From Marsupella aquatica (lineage: Eukaryota > Plantae > Marchantiophyta): DNA of 64,000 nucleotides. Positions 11,217 through 23,649 of the stretch are shown piece by piece (position 1 is the first letter of the stretch; each line of letters begins with the position of its first letter). The stretch covers positions 6,314,847 through 6,378,846 of the forward strand of contig OZ316892.1 in assembly GCA_973895155.1 (NCBI GenBank). Reading direction: 5' to 3'. The notes beneath the pieces were generated by a model. It was not told the DNA's origin, searched no databases, and saw only the letters and a program-made list of their open reading frames with translations. The translations under genes were made by a program, and so were the position numbers.

Positions 11217-14200
11217 ATGTTGCCCTTGTCCAGCAGCCTTGCTGCTCGCAACAGCAGTAGCTTCCAGCTTCGCAGCAGCTTTGTGGTCCCCGTGATGCCC
11301 AAGGACAATAACATAATGAAGAAAACCGCTCTCTCGCCCTTCCGAGCTTCTCTTCCCCACCCCAACTGCTCCGCTGCCTCTGGTATCCCTCTGTCTCTAT
11401 CCCTCTTTGCCCGTTTCTCTGCCTCAGTCTCACTGTGGGGTAACAAATTGGACCTTAAGACGGTTTCGCATTCCTTCCTTTGTGAAGGATTTCCCTGCAT
11501 TCCTTTGAAATATCCAATTGCCTGCCTTTTTCGAACTGACGACAGAATTTTGGTACGCCTCCTGGTTTGGATTTTCTGCTCGTGCAGATTCGAGCCCAGA
11601 GCTGAAGCTCGCAAGAGAGCCAGAGTGGGGTGTTGCCACCGAGCTTCTTCATCATAAATCCCCAACAGTTGACACTTATGATGCCATGAGCACACCTCTT
11701 TATCAAACTGCTACATTCAAGCAGGTAAATGTGCCATTTAGCATAGAGGGACTGGAATGCTTGACGAGTTACTTGAGAAACGTATAAAGATGTTGTCAAA
11801 GTGTGTTCATTCTAACAGCTATGTTCTGATATTTGACAGCCGTCAGCTACAGAGAATGGACCATATGATTACACTAGGAGTGGGAATCCTACTCGGGACG
11901 CTCTTGAAGAGTGAGTGAATGATACTGCCCAATCTCTTACAGCAGTGATTTTCTTCTCTTTTGGCCAAGATTCTATTAGTTCCAGGGACGATCTGTTTCG
12001 AAATCCTCTGAGATTGTGAATAAATGCAATTATGCGGGAATTGACAACTGTTCCGTTCAGGAATAATTAGTACCGCTCTTGCAAACTAAAGCTTAATTTT
12101 GTCCGCAGTTTGTTGGCTAAACTAGATGGAGCTGAGCGAGCATTTTGTTTCACATCTGGCATGGCTGCCTTGACCACAGTCACTCATCTCGTCGAAGCAG
12201 GTACGATCTCGGAGCTGTTGATAAGTCGGAACGTATTGAGAGGTTATTTTCTGGGCTGAAGAGATTAGAGCCTCGCTCGGAAGCAAACCTGGGTTTCAAG
12301 CGTTCTAGACAGTTTTAATTTCACTTACATTCTTTGTGAGCTATACCTCAGATTCTTCGGTTTTCATGTGTCCACTCTGTTAAGATTTAGATGTCAATCC
12401 TTAAACTGTTGAAGCCCGTCAGTGAGCACACTTGCAAGCGGTCTCTTTGATGGAGCTCATTTGGCATTGGACAGCAAATATCGTAGCTTTGAATGAACCG
12501 AAGGTAAGGCAATTTTCTAATTTTACAAGAAAACCGAGGTGTTCCTTGCAATTTATGTGTCCATATGCTTGTCTCAGGGGAGGAGATAGTGGTCGGTGAT
12601 GACATTTATGGCGGGTCTGACAGGCTTCTTTCAAAGATAGCCCCTAAAGCGGGGGCTATTGTGAAGTAAGGCATCTGAACACGACTTGGCCTTCAAGACC
12701 AATTGCTGTTTGTATAAAACTTGGGTGCTACTAGTCGATATGAATTTAACCTCAGATCTTTTGGGTTTTTGGCAGTGCACTCCGGGAATGTTAGTAATGC
12801 TGCCGTGTATTCTTATGGAGCCTTCGGTTTGTCACTGACGTCTTGCAGGAGAGTTGACATGACTAATATTGGAGAGGTAGAGGCCGCTGTGGGCCCTAAG
12901 ACGAAGTTAGTTTGGTTGGAGAGCCCAACTAATCCTCGTTTGATGATTGCCGACATTCGGGTACACTTCTTCCCAGAGTATACTAATCTCCAGTTTCAGG
13001 ATTTCTTCATGTAGGGAAGCAGGCCAGATTTCTGTATGTCTCGTTTATGCAAGGGATGTGATTCTGAAAGATTCCTCTGATTATGTAAGTTCCGCAGGGG
13101 ATATCAGAAATTGCGCGCAAGAATGGAGCTTTGGTGATGGTTGATAATACTATGATGTCTCCAGTTCTTTCCAAACCGATTGCTTTGGGGGCAGGTATAC
13201 AACACCTATACGAATTACATCATATTACAAAGTAATGTGACTCTGCAGTCTGCATTTTTGGCATCAAAGGCAATCTCCTGCTTTTTTATAAGTGAGAGTT
13301 GCCTGTATTTTAGAATTACGACCGTAAGTCTCAAAATTGGCAAAACTCGATTCTCGAGTGATTTGTGCTAACTATGTTTCCTTGTATGGCAAGGTCCACA
13401 GATATTGTGATGCATTCTGCAACCAAATTTATATCTGGTCATAGTGATCTCATGGCTGGTGTTCTTGCCGTAAAGGGTGAAAGGTGTGACCCCTACACGT
13501 TTTCATCTCATCTTCATAATCATTGTCATCTCCATCTTCCTTCCGCCGAACTGGCTTGAAATTCACCATCATGCAGCCCGGTAATATGCTGTTAAATATA
13601 TGTGCAGCCTGGCAAAGCAAATTTATTTCTTGCAGAATGCTGAAGGTACGGCATTGGCTCCATTCGATTGTTGGCTTTGTTTGCGGGGTATCAAGACAAT
13701 GGCGCTTCGTGTCGAGAAGCAACAGGTGTGGTGAAGTCCTTGACTAGAATGGTGGAGTGTGCACCTACTCTCCTTTCGTCTATTCTTGGTGCTTGTTCTC
13801 TTAACAATTGTAAGGTAGGATGCATCCAGGCTCATGAACTCCTTATATCCATTCTTGACTGCTGTAAATTTGAAATTATTGCAGGCAAATGCGCAAAAGA
13901 TAGCAGAGTTCCTTGCAAATCATCCACGCATTGGAGGGGTCAATTATGCTGGACTTCCTGCACATAGTGGGCATGATTTGCACTTTTCACAGGTACATCA
14001 GTCGTATGACGGATTGTGATTCTTTCAAATAGGTGACACCTAGTTCACAATATTGTCTTGCTGTAAACTATACTTTGGCATGCAATTTGAGATTTAGTTA
14101 TGCGCGGACCAAAACTTGTGTTACCTAGGGTACTGGGGGGTAACTATCAGCCTACACACAAGTATGAAATGGATGTAGAATCGAATGGGGATGTGAGGAG

Positions 14201-15106
14201 TGGATCCATGAAACTTACTTTGATGTGCTACATTGAGCAGGCAAAGGGTGCCGGATCCGTTCTCAGTTTCACAACTGGTTCCTTGGAGGTTTCCAAACAT
14301 ATCGTGGAGCAAACAAAACTCTTCAGTATAACAGTCAGCTTTGGTAATACTGCTGTTCACAACTACATGGCCTTGCTTCTTTTTTAGTATTATGTCCTCT
14401 CAGAAGAAATCCCCTTTCGTCCACCTGCTGTTTTGGACTTTGGATGGACCATCCTTAGCTTTTACCCATGTTCCACAAATGTTCTTATCTTCTTTGGGAG
14501 GACGTGGTTTTGACAAAATGGACTTGGTGAAACAGGTAGCGTGTCATCTCTCATCAGCTTACCCTGCTTCATGTCTCATGCAAGCATACCCTCGCACATT
14601 CGCGAAGAAAGGGGTCTCGTTGAAGACTTAATCCGGATATCTGTGAGTGCCTTTGCAAGATTGAACGATTGTATTCGTAATTTGTTTGAGACGTACCTTT
14701 AAGCTTGAAAGTAATACTTTGCAGATGTGAATGACCCAATAGTGTCATATTCCAACAGCTTACTGCCGTCCCTGCCGTAATTATTTATGCCGTTAGATCG
14801 TGCTCTAAAGGGTTTTGCAAAAGTAAAGAGCCGTCCCAGTACCAATCTGGAGGTTTTAGTATCCAGAGCTAGAGTTTTTGGACGGTTCACTATTGACTGT
14901 TACACAGTAGCCGTAACTGTTAAAGAGTGTGCCCAAAGTTTGTTCAATATGGGCAATTCCATTTGTTAGGGTGCATTTCCTAACTCATGAATGATGTGCA
15001 GGTCGGAATTGAAGATGTAGAGGACTTGATAGCGGATTTGGATCGCGCAATAAATTCCGCACCTGCAAAACGTGAGCAGGTTTTGCAAGCTGTTGGTCAA
15101 ATTTGA
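11217..15106 (+). CDS. CBL: Cystathionine beta-lyase, plastid-targeted (13 coding exons)
   Basis: Exons 11217-11382, 11588-11724, 11840-11910, 12109-12200, 12578-12665, 12849-12960, 13098-13194, 13402-13483, 13608-13725, 13885-13992, 14241-14343, 14536-14642 and 15002-15106 join in frame with GT-AG introns. Motifs: STPLYQTATFKQ, YDYTRSGNPTRDALE, FTSGMAAL, WLESPTNP, PLP-lysine HSATKFISGHSD, SLPCFMSHASIP, RISVGIEDVEDL. The N-terminus is Ser-rich and transit-peptide-like. Confidence 0.95.
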
Positions 15107-16471
15107 GACATGCTAATTTGATCAACATAGGAACCCCTCTGTTGGAGGAATGATTTTGTCCATGTATTCTCCCTAAGTGAGATGAGGGTCATACCCACCT
15201 ACCGGAAATAGTTTTCATATGGAGAGGACCGTTTGAGTTAACTCGGTTTTATCACGTCTGCTGTACTGTTCTCACAAGTGATACTTTTTGTAACTTTGTA
15301 GAAGTTTTGGATAAGTTTCATCTCTGCACTGTTGTGAATGAGATCACCTGGGAATGACAAATGATGGGTCAATATGTGCGTTGTCGTGTGGGAGCCTCTC
15401 CATGTTCCCTTCGTACCCCAGGGTCTTTTCTCTTCATTTAGGTTCTCGTATCGTCAGACTTCCTTACTACCAGGTGATTTAAGAATTTGTACATCATTCA
15501 GCCATTTAATCTGTCTTCCTGGCCCTTAGATTACTGAAGAGATTTGGAGGTTCGCACAAAATTAATTACTTCTCAGAATTTTAGAAGTTTAGCTCCCTAA
15601 AAAATTGTAGTCTGCCACTGTGAAACTTAAAAACATATCAGTAATATGAATGTCTTTGTGAAAATACTGTTTTGTCAGTGCTTATTAGTCTTCTTAAAGT
15701 CATTTTCGTGAAATCTGGAAGTCTTTGTACTTCCCTATAACTCCTTCACATGGAAACTTGTGGACGTATGTGTTCGGGTGCTGAGTAGACCCTGTCTTAA
15801 ATTGCATGGCATGGCGGGAGGCTCCTGGCAATCAAGCTTTCTATGAGAGGTGAAGTTCAAATTGGCTGAATTTTTGGTAGTGCCACATTCCCTCAATTGG
15901 GCACAAACACAACTTCACATATTTGTGTCACATGTAGAGTAAAAAGTAGTGCTTGGATGGACCATTCCCATGAACCTTGCAACCCGTCTGTTGACAAAAA
16001 AAGTCCGACGTTTTTTACAAAGGAAAATGCTATCTGACTAATCAAAAGTTTCCTGCAGTCCATCTGGGTTGTGCTGGTCCATCTGGGCATTGCTTCCAAA
16101 CAACTAGGTCCATTGGGGCTTCAATTTCTTCTAGTTTTATTTTATGACAAAGAATAATGGAAAAAAGAAAGGAGGGTTGAAAGAAAATGCAGGAGTCCTG
16201 CAAGAGAGCAGGGACTGGGCAGAAAGTTTGGGCAAATGGCTGGTGAGTGGGGAAAGAGATGGAAAGTTGAGTACATGTGCAAAGGAAAGATTGCTTGGCC
16301 ACAACTCTGTTTGGCGCAACTAAATCCAGGTGCACAAGTGGAGTCTAGAGGCGATGGCACTGGCCTGGACTCTAGGTGAATGAGACCAGCGAAAAAGGAG
16401 GGCAGACCAGTAGTGCAGACCATTGTTAGCACATATACTATGATGGCAGGGTATTGCAATATCTTACCTGG

Positions 16472-16562
16472 TAGGTATTATTGGCTATATCTTGTACAAC
16501 ACCTTACATGGCAGGTTAGGTATCATTGGCTATATCTTGTACAATACCTTACATGGCAGGTT
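16472..16562. repeat. Two-copy 45-bp tandem repeat
   Basis: TAGGTAT(T/C)ATTGGCTATATCTTGTACAA(C/T)ACCTTACATGGCAGGT occurs at 16472 and 16517. Confidence 0.85.
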
Positions 16563-17559
16563 TAGTCGGCTGGTCCTACATCCACCTCTGTACCCAGCCT
16601 GGCAGGTATAGATATTGCTATATCTGTATTAATACTTATACCTCCCATGTAGAGAGTGAGGTATAGGCCAATTAATTGATTTATGAAACAATATCTAAAG
16701 CAATCATGTCGTGACAATTGTACATCATAATGATGCAGCAGGATACATAAAAGAAAAAGAAATAACACTCAATGCTATAAAAGAAAGCTTATTATGGTGT
16801 GAAAAATCCATTCGACCTGTGGGCTCTTGCCACATAGCATAGTACTCCTATGCTACTAGTTTTTGATGCGCAATTACCATCTGGCAAAACTAAGGCCTTA
16901 CTTTGCGTGCTTTATCCGTCATGGAAAAAGATGGCAAAGTAACAATTACACTAGAAAACGAGGCAAAGTATCTGTTCGAACAGAAAATAGTGTAAATGTA
17001 AGAAATCTAAGATATAGAAAACCCCTTACAAGTTATAATTAATATCCGTGTTTTTACGAAGAAAGCGTCTACAGCTGACCTCCCCTCACTTCCTCAGCTC
17101 TTCGCTCTTTGGAGCGAGAGAATGTCAGGAGAGAAGGGTATAATTATGGCACCGAGAAACTCGTTACTGTGTGGCCTATCGGATCCGATGCACCAAAGGA
17201 GAGCAAGTGAGGAATCCTGCCATCGAAATCAACGAAGAAACCCTAGACTTGTACAGTCCAGCATGGAGTGACAATGTGGTAAAAGAAGAGGAGGAGGAGG
17301 AGGAGGAGGAGGATTGGGATGAACGAAGATGATTGATTTGCTTCTCGATTTTTTTGCTCGAAAGGATTGTTGTGGTGCCATTGTTATCCGCTGAGAAGAG
17401 CTTGAGGTGCACGAGGACAGCAGGAGGAGTGATCGAGCGCTCTCATTCGGATTGAAGCGGTTGGGTGCGGAGAGCTATGCATGATCTGGTCCTGACTTGG
17501 AGAGAACGACTGCATTTGTGAGAGTGTACTGAGTTGGACGGGCCCGTGGTTTTTGCATC

Positions 17560-20518
17560 ATGGCTGGCCGGGAAGTGAAAGAGTACACCAATCTCAGTGA
17601 TGCGAGAGGTATGTGACGTGTTGCACTGTTTGGGGTGTCGACTCTGTTTGCATGTACGTTTTGGACTTGCGCAGAATCTGTTCTTGAATTATCATTCCTT
17701 CTTTTCTTTCTTGCATCAATCTTAGTTCTCATTTGCAGACGGGAACAATTGATCAATTGAATTTGTTCAGTGTTCAGTTTATCAGTCAAGTCTCTCTCGT
17801 CGTGAGCTGCGGAATCGCTTCACATGGGACCTGTTCCGTCGTTAGAGATTGATTCGGGAAAGCATGAGAACGGGTCAGCGATTGATCAAATTCTAATTAT
17901 ATTTTTAGAATCTTCCGGGGTAAAGATCGTGGGCGTTATTGTGGCCAGTCCGGTTCCACTTGTACCCTTGCAGTCTTTTATCAGAAGCCGCCTCGAATCA
18001 AATTGGCATAATTCGGATTTTCTTTAGGGTTGCATATTTCTTGCCTTACTTCTTTGTGTATCTATCAATTTTATGTCTGCATATCAGCTTCACTTCGCTG
18101 TATTCTTCATTACAGCTGTAGCGTATCCTGGGACAGACTCGCAGACTTGCCCGAAATGCATAGGTGGGAGATTCCCTCTGTGGCAAAGGACCCACGCTAT
18201 GGGAGACATCTTGCAGGAAAATGTTGAATAAAGTGCTGATAGGTTTAACCTTATTATATGAATTGCCATTTGTTCACGTCCATTCGGCGGTGAGTGTGCG
18301 CTGGGAGTTAGCAGATTACAGTACGGTGCGCAGTTTTGCCTCAATGGACTTAACTCTCTGTCTGCCTTCCCCCTTTTCTTAGGATGTATGACCATAGTTT
18401 CTTTCTTCTGCAGATAAGAAATTGGGCAGCAAAGGCGGGAAAGAAAAGACCGATGATGAAGACGTAGCATTCAAAAGGATGGTGGCCAAGGTTAGTGATC
18501 CGGGCCAATTGTAATGTCAGTCATAGTGTCATCTAACGACAGTACTGATTTCTAGCATGCCTTCCTATTACTCTTGCTCTCCAGCCCACCAATCCTTTAG
18601 TTAACGCGAACATAGTATCCAGTTGATTGCCTCTGAAGGAACGCTTCTCAATCTAGACCCTTTCCTACTGGGGACCGGGAACAAACGAGAAGATTCAATC
18701 AATTATGCTGATTCGAGGTTGCTTAGACAGGTCTCTACTGTTCAGGGCTCATTGATAGGATGAGCCACTATCCACAGAGTCGTCTCGGGAAAGTTATTGT
18801 CCCTCTCAGAAAGGCCTTTTTTTCTGAAATATTGTGTTCATCCAACGACTGGTCTGCGTTTCTGTCCCATCAAGATGCCGAACTTAATGGTGATAAGAGG
18901 AGTTTTCGCTCTCCGAGAAGTTTTCTGAGAACTTGCCCTGACAGGGAATCTGGCGTGGCACCTGGGATATGATGTCGAGATCAGATGCAGGAGGTGGCTG
19001 GAGAACGTGGCGGGTATCTTCATGGACGAGGAGGCAGGCCCCTCCTCTAACATCAATTGTTTTTTGAATTATTCGAAGGTGTTAGGTTTCCTCTGTTTTT
19101 TTAGATATTTGAAAGCTGGGGCCTCAGATTTGCCGTTGGTCTCGAAATAAATTAGACTCGATATACGTTTATGTGTATGCTTTAAGTAGAGGAGGAGGTT
19201 GTTCTTCATGGTGCAATGTGTTCTGCAAATAGTGAGTTTCTGGTTTTTTTTCACTTCGTTGCATTTTTCATTATCATAATTGGGGGGGTCGAGTTCTTAG
19301 AATTTCCAAGTGTAATTGTCCGGTAGTCTTCTGGGCCAGTTACTTAAATAGTGGATTGCTAATTCTGAATGAGAGATCCTGTAGCGTGTCTTACTCAGCG
19401 ATTTGACAGAATCTTCAGAAGAATTTGTTTAGATCCTTACCCCAATAGTTGAAATTGTTACTTTGAACCGTGGGAGATCGTTTTTCAGATAGGAAATGAG
19501 TGTTGTTGACCTAAACCTCAAATTTGGTCACATTGCCTCTGAGGAGTTTTCCTCTTCTTCCTCTTCTATCTATGGTCTGCTGCTGTCGGCCATATTGTAG
19601 GTAGGTGATTTTTTTGTAGAGTGCCATCTCATGCGACAGGTTGCCTTGTGGGGAGGGACAACAACAGCACTCGACAGCGATGATTTGCTGTATCTGAAGG
19701 AGCAAATGGAAGCTGAAGAAGATGCTGAACGTTTGAGACGCCGGACAGAGAAGCGAGCTTTTGCTGCATTTAAAATATCCTTTTCTAGTGTTTTTCTAAG
19801 TTTCTTTATGCAACATATTCTATCCTCTATGCTCCACTATCCTCTATGCTCCACTTGGTTCGTGTTGCCTGATGCATGACTCTGCCGTTGATCTCCTTGA
19901 CTTCTGTCAGCACAAAGCTGCAAGTCTGGTAGATTCATTACCTGCGCCGGTTTTACAGCCTCTCAGGGTGGAACCTAAACCTCATACTCGGATCCGGTAA
20001 GTGCCAGAGAATTCTCATCCCCCTTCAAGCTCCATCACAATTGATTGCCAAATGCTAGCCTTCTCTATGTTTTCCTGGCTTGTTAATTTTAAGAAAGATT
20101 TTGGGCATCACACCCTCGTCAATAGTCCAAGTGTATTGGATTATATCCTTGTGTATCCTTGGTGTTTCGCTAATGATTGATTACTGGCTACAGTCAGCAG
20201 GTCTTAGTGAAAAGCATTGTTGAGATCAAACCGAAGCGTCATCGGATCTCAGGGCCCACAGAGGCCACTAGTGGTCTGGACAGCAAGTCGAGCACATCAA
20301 ATCCGTCAGGTGAAGCGCAAGTAAAAGTCCCTGAATCCAGTGCTACAAAGGATTCGCGTGAGCAATCAGCTAGGGAACATACAAATGGGGGTGGGATACT
20401 TGGTTTGGCTTATGAGTCTTCAGATGATGAAGAGAGTGACCCAGGCCCTGAAAAGGATCTATGGAAAGTTGTCTCTGCGCAATCAACAGCAGTATCAAAA
20501 AGTACTTCAGTGCAATGA
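17560..20518 (+). CDS. Conserved uncharacterised plant protein (possible distant FAM192A/PIP30 relative), 6 exons
   Basis: Exons 17560-17608, 18414-18490, 18985-19033, 19668-19774, 19914-19996 and 20194-20518 give MAGREVKEYTNLSDARDKK...FKRMVAKMQEVAGERGGYLHGRGALDSDDLLYLKEQMEAEEDAERLRRRTEKRAFAAFKKAASL...LGLAYESSDDEE. I recognise this as a conserved land-plant sequence. Confidence 0.88.
19775..19913 (+). other. U12-type (minor spliceosome) AT-AC intron
   Basis: 5' ATATCCTTT; branch site TCCTTGAC at 19894-19901; 3' AC at 19912-19913. Removal restores AFK|KAASL in frame. Confidence 0.92.
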
Positions 20519-21269
20519 ACTCTGAATTCTGAAGCCAATCCACAAGATCATCGAATTTTTTTCCCGATGCGTTTCCAGTACCCTACATGAAAATGCTTTC
20601 ACACAAGCAAAATTGTAGTGTTGTAAAATGTGCAATATGAAAGGGAGCTAGGTGACTGCAATGGTACTGTGGACATCAGAGTATCAAACGTCAGATAGTT
20701 ATCAATTATCCAACGCAAGTCTGGCCGACATGGGCGACACTCAAATTTCGGGATCATGTCACCAATGTGAAATGAAGGAGCAATGAGATTTCCGAGGACC
20801 TCATCTTAAGTACCTTCAAGTAATGAATTTGTCTCTCGTAAGGCAGTTTTGATGAGATCGCCGTTAGGATATATATAGTATGTCCTTGAAATTGTCTCGA
20901 TAATTTGGTCCACCACCAGTTTTGAAAGAAGAAAGTTCTGACAAGCACTCTTTACCTCAGATTCTGAGAAGTTCCATTGATTGTTCTGTAATGCGTTCTT
21001 TATTCTTAGAACTTCTGCACCGGTTTCCCAGCTGGGGCTGCTGTCTGGACAAGTTTGAGGGGCCGATGCAGGCTGGTAACGGCACACCCTCCCCAAGAAG
21101 ATAAGGATTACATTGATGGCTCCCTTACAGACCTGCGTTCTTTGCGTTCCTGCCTGAAACTCCTGTCACAAAGCCCAAACAGAGCAAGGAATGTGAAATC
21201 CTGTCACAAAAGCCCAAGAGATAGCAGGGAATGTGGATATGGCGCACGACCTGAACATGTGGCAGCACA

Positions 21270-21424
21270 GGCAATGTAGATATGTTTTGCCATGGCAGGA
21301 AAGCAATTTTAGCTATTGGGAGACTGCTCACACCCGTCACTCAAAGGCAATGTAGATGTGTTTTGCCAAGGCAGGAAAACAATTTTAGCTATTGGGAAAT
21401 TGCTCACACCGGTCACTTAAAGGG
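21270..21424. repeat. Two-copy 76-bp tandem repeat
   Basis: GGCAATGTAGAT.TGTTTTGCCA.GGCAGGAAA... occurs at 21270 and 21346. Confidence 0.85.
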
Positions 21425-21974
21425 CAAGGGTAGGACAATGTGACAATTGACTTGGGGAGGAGGGAGGTTGGCATATTCTCTGTTTATTTGGCTTTTTGTA
21501 GTTTGACATCTGGTATATAGTTAGTAAGGAAGTCTTTTCGTTTGGTTTCGGCAGTGAGGTAGTAACCTGAGCAGCAGAGTACTCTCCATCCCACGATTTT
21601 CGATCTTGGCCTGTTGTTATGGTGCTGGAAGCGGATCGTGATGGAGACGACCCACGCTTGCGATCATCGATCCACTGAAGCGGCGTAGCTTGCGTCATAC
21701 GGCAATTCATTTCGTGCCTTGAGACATGTTTCCGAACTCCATTCACAAAAGCAGCTTTCATCGTGCATAGCAGCCCGCGACCGGGGACAATGCACGGTGG
21801 TGGACCGAACGACTAGGTGTCGTGCAGCCGGTAGAGCCGGCGCCAAGGTAGAGGCCTTGCCGATTCGGTACCGCAAGGAAATTAACTTGATAACTTCTAT
21901 TTTGTAGCCATTCTGGAAGTATGGCATTGAACTGACAGCAGTTTCCTTGTCCTATTTACTGTCTCTAGTCTAAT

Positions 21975-22270
21975 TAGTTCAAAATCCAAAAGTTGTAGCT
22001 CCATCCTGTCACGACTTGTTTTGCATACCTGAGTTACTCTGCATCCAGTTTCGAACTGAGTGCAAGACCCAAAAGTTGTAGCTCCATCTTTCTCGACTTG
22101 TTTTTGCATACCTGATTTACTGGACATTCAGTTTCGAACTGAGTTCAAGACCCAGAACGTGTAGCTCCATCCTTGCCCTGCTTGTTTTGCGGATCTGAAT
22201 TTAATGTAGATCCAGTTTCAAAGTGACTTCAAGACCCAAAATTTGTAGCTCCATTCTTTCCCTACTTGCT
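21975..22270. repeat. ~3.5-copy 83-84-bp tandem repeat immediately upstream of the isochorismatase gene
   Basis: The anchor GTAGCTCCAT occurs at 21995, 22078, 22161 and 22245. Confidence 0.9.
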
Positions 22271-22287
22271 CCGTCCTCATTTGTCCG

Positions 22288-22933
22288 ATGGCTCGTCATG
22301 AGGCTGCAATTCTCGACGCAACGAACCCTGCGTCTCCCTTATCCGTGGCTGCCGAGCGGACAGCAGTGCTGCTGCTTGACTATCACAAGTGGGGAAGCTG
22401 CCCTTGCTGCCGTGACGAAGGGCCAGAGTATGCGCGAGTGGGCAGCAGGTAATGGCATGTTGGTGGTCCACTGTCTAGTCGACATGAAGCAACCAATTCT
22501 TCCATCATTCAAGAGTGCGCAAAGATTCAAGCTCATGGCTGCATGGATGAACTCCCTAGAGCAACCTGATGCAGCAAACGAGCATCCCGACATCGCGTTC
22601 AACAGTGCCACGGGAGAAGAGTATATGTTCACTCGTCCTCCAGGCTACATCTCCGCTCTGAAGTCGCCAGATTTGGGGCCTTTACTGAGCGCCCGAGACA
22701 TCAAATCCCTTGTCTTGTGCGGAGTTTCGACATCAGGGTGCATTCTTAGCACAGCTCGGGCAGCTGGAGATGAGGAGTACATTGTCACAATTATCGAAGA
22801 CGCTTGTATGGACCCTGTCCCTGGATTGCATGAATCTCTCATTCAGAATGTGCTCCGATCCCAAGCTCATGTCACAACAGCAGCGCAGTTCCAGGAACAG
22901 TGGGTGAAAATGAAGACAGAAACAAGTTCGTGA
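22288..22933 (+). pseudogene. Isochorismatase-family cysteine hydrolase, fungal-type, intronless, one frameshift near 22388
   Basis: The ATG 22288 frame reads MARHEAAILDATNPASPLSVAAERTAVLLLDYH (catalytic Asp strand). The next frame reads ...REWAAGNGMLVVHCLVD...RPPGYISALKSPDL...IKSLVLCGVSTSGCILSTARAAGDEEYIVTIIEDACMDPVPGLH (catalytic Cys motif). Confidence 0.85.
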
Positions 22934-23131
22934 TCATTGTTATAGAATCTAGTTGTGATCTACTATGAATTCAGCTGAACTGAAGCATAGTAGGAAGCTC
23001 TTATTTGCTTTTGAGTCCTCGATAGAACTCTGCCGACTAGGTCATTGTGAATGAGTGAGAGCCTAGCATTTTCCATTTTGTTCCTCTTGGTTTTACTTTT
23101 TGGCCATGAACGAAATTGAGTCTCCAATCTC

Positions 23132-23580
23132 TTGTTGAACAGCGCCCGAGACATCAAATCCCTTGTCTTGTGCAGCGCTTCGACGTCAGGATGCATTCTT
23201 AGCACAGCTCGGGCAGCTGAAGATGATGAGTACCTTGTCACGGTTATCGAAGACGCTTGTATGGACCCTGTCCCTGGATTGCTCGAACCTTTCATTCAAA
23301 ATGTGCTCCAATCCCAAGCTCATGTCACAATAGCAGCGAAATCCCAGGAGCAGTGGGTAAATATGAAGGGTAAATATGAAGACAGAAAGAAGTGTGTGAC
23401 CATTGTCATAGAATCGAGTCGTAATGTAAGTTGAAAGCAATTCAACTCAATTCAATAAGAACAGAGTAGTAAGCCATTATTTACGTGTGAGACCTTGATA
23501 GAAATCTGCTGAATAGGTGACTGTGAATGAATGAGAGCCTAGCATTTTCCATTTCTTTCCTCTTGATTTTATTTTTGGCA
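23132..23580 (+). pseudogene. Partial tandem duplicate of the isochorismatase 3' half and its 3' flank
   Basis: SARDIKSLVLCSASTSGCILSTARAAEDDEY...DACMDPVPGLL is near-identical to 22688-22933. The downstream flank (GAGAGCCTAGCATTTTCCATTT) is also duplicated. Confidence 0.88.
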
Positions 23581-23649
23581 CGAGAGTCTGCAATAGTGCA
23601 ATGCCTTTCGAGTAGCATTTGCTTCAGACTAGAGACGACGAATGACATT

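Noticed and set aside
11217-15106. Cystathionine gamma-synthase or an MTO1 regulatory region
   Set aside because: There is no RRNCSNIGVAQ motif, and TPLYQTATFKQ plus SLPCFMSHASIP are CBL-type.
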